Origin: a virus
Lineage: Duplodnaviria; Caudoviricetes
Virus record (IMG/VR): IMGVR_UViG_3300024520_000458
Span: 1-25,437 of that record
Direction: 5' to 3' (one strand)
DNA length: 25,437 bases
Below, piece by piece: positions 24,217 through 25,437 of the stretch. Made by a program: the position numbers and the translations under genes. Below the pieces are notes generated by a model, which saw nothing but the letters and a program-made list of their open reading frames with translations, was not told the origin of the DNA and made no database searches. Within the stretch, counting starts at the first letter, position 1, and the number at the start of each line of letters is the position of its first letter.

Positions 24217-25290
24217 CTATGAGCTGAAGTTTCCAGACTCGAGGTCCCTCAGGACATCGGCCTTCTCCTCACGTCTCGTCATAGGTCCTTTGCGCGGCTT
24301 GGTTGTTGATCCAAGATCGTTTCCAAGTGTTGCTGAGGTCTTCTCTCCAGCTTCAGGGGTTTTCTTCTTCGTCTTCTTCTTACGAGCTTTTGCTACGACG
24401 TCGGGATTTAAGTTCCGTTCTTCGTACCAGGCTCGCTCTGAATCTTCGTATACCGCGAGCACATCGGCAGCGTCGGGACGCTCTCCAGACTGCTCGTGCA
24501 TCGCCGCAGCAATGCTGAGGATTGTGCTCCGTGCCTTCTCGGCGCCCTTGCCGTTGAGCAGGGCGTGCACTAGGGGGGTCTCAGGGGTTGAGGCCTTGGC
24601 GATGTCACCGACGTACCTGTCTACCTCTATCTTCGCCTGTGCCTGGCGCTCCTTGTTCTCAATAGTAGTCTTGAGGGCCTTGTTCTCGTTCTCTAAGCCC
24701 GTCAAGCGTGCCTCAACAGTCTGAGCCGTCTGTAGTCGCTTCGCCTCTGTGCGCTCGGCATGTGTGGCGTTAGGGCCTGCCGCTTTGCTCATCGCGTAGA
24801 GTTGCTTCGAGCGTGACAGTAGTTCGTCGGCACTCTTCCCTGTGGGGTCGAAGTGCAGGCGTTGTCGAGCGTCGTGCCCGTTCTTCAGTTCTTGGGCCTC
24901 TGCTAGAAGCTCCTTGAACTCGGCTTGCTCTTGAGCGAAGGCCGCCCTCTCAGAGGCCATGCGCTCCTTGAAGCGCTTCTCTCGCTGTTGCTCAGCCGCT
25001 AGGGATTTAAGTTCGTCGGGCTCGGGGTCGGTGTCAGGTTCAGCGTCGTCATCGTCTGACTCTTCAGGATCTTCCTCCTCTGATTCCTCTTCGCCTTCTT
25101 CCGCCTGTTCTTCAGACTCGTCTTCTTCCTCAACTACTATCTCCTCTTCAATCTCAGGCTTAGGTTCAGCCTCGGGCGTCTTGGCCTCTAAGGTCTCATC
25201 GTCAATGTTGCCCATATCGGCGAGCATTGCGTCTCTGTCGTCGCCGCTCAATTCTGAGGGCTTGCTGTACTTGTCTTCTTCTAGGGGCAT
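24217..25290 (-). CDS. Capsid scaffolding protein
   Basis: Very acidic N-terminus, central coiled coil and basic C-terminus; immediately upstream of the MCP. Confidence 0.8.
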   Translation of the reverse strand: MPLEEDKYSKPSELSGDDRDAMLADMGNIDDETLEAKTPEAEPKPEIEEEIVVEEEDESEEQAEEGEEESEEEDPEESDDDDAEPDTDPEPDELKSLAAEQQREKRFKERMASERAAFAQEQAEFKELLAEAQELKNGHDARQRLHFDPTGKSADELLSRSKQLYAMSKAAGPNATHAERTEAKRLQTAQTVEARLTGLENENKALKTTIENKERQAQAKIEVDRYVGDIAKASTPETPLVHALLNGKGAEKARSTILSIAAAMHEQSGERPDAADVLAVYEDSERAWYEERNLNPDVVAKARKKKTKKKTPEAGEKTSATLGNDLGSTTKPRKGPMTRREEKADVLRDLESGNFSS

Positions 25291-25322
25291 GTTCTCTCCG
25301 TATCAGGGGTTTATCTTTGAAG

Positions 25323-25362
25323 CGTTGCACTCTCAGGTCGAACGAACCCGAGGAGTACAACG
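25323..25362 (-). promoter_or_regulatory. Long hairpin upstream of the scaffold gene
   Basis: CGTTGTACT-c-CTCGGGT...ACCTGAG-AGTGCAACG: about 16 bp with G-U pairs and one bulge. Confidence 0.6.
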
Positions 25363-25370
25363 GAACGCGT

Positions 25371-25437
25371 CTACTGCATAAACGAGCCAGGACCGACGCC
25401 CGCGCCAGTCATAGCCGCGCCCATCTCGGGCGTTAGG
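25371..25437 (-). CDS. C-terminus of the upstream gene, probably the portal (...LTPEMGAAMTGAGVGPGSFMQ*)
   Basis: Open frame from the right edge to TAG at 25373-25371; G/A/M/P-rich tail and position fit a podoviral portal. Identity is inferred. Confidence 0.5.
   Translation of the reverse strand, partial: LTPEMGAAMTGAGVGPGSFMQ

Noticed and set aside
7825-24724. Numerous 60-165-aa + strand ORFs opposite the late operon
   Set aside because: They lie antisense to a continuous coupled operon in GC-rich DNA and show no motifs.
24959-25381. Ser-rich 140-aa + strand ORF
   Set aside because: Antisense shadow of the Glu/Asp-rich scaffold codons.
1-25437. Stop-codon reassignment
   Set aside because: Genes are intact and densely packed under the standard code, and TAA, TAG and TGA all terminate genes.

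Overview
The whole window is a densely packed fragment of a tailed dsDNA bacteriophage or prophage with podovirus-like architecture. No host genes, RNA genes, CRISPR array or integrase are visible. There are three blocks. (1) A leftward replication/regulation block (1-3222): Cro-like HTH, zinc-finger/TOPRIM primase, RyR-repeat-like protein, RusA-like resolvase and NrdR-like zinc ribbon. (2) A rightward early block (3318-7715): a translationally coupled DUF3127 (putative SSB) / RecT-like annealase / Cas4-like Fe-S exonuclease module, followed by small Cys-rich proteins. These include one with two retrovirus-type CCHC zinc knuckles and an unannotated 23-codon microprotein. (3) A leftward late operon (7675-25437): probable portal C-terminus, scaffold, major capsid protein, adaptor, nozzle, three ejection proteins, accessory virion proteins, and a lysis cassette. 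The most unusual observations are a lipoprotein mini-metzincin sitting between the holin and CHAP endolysin, the tandem zinc knuckles, and a conserved intergenic hairpin repeated after two consecutive head genes. All product calls rest on motif recognition and gene order only; no searches were run.
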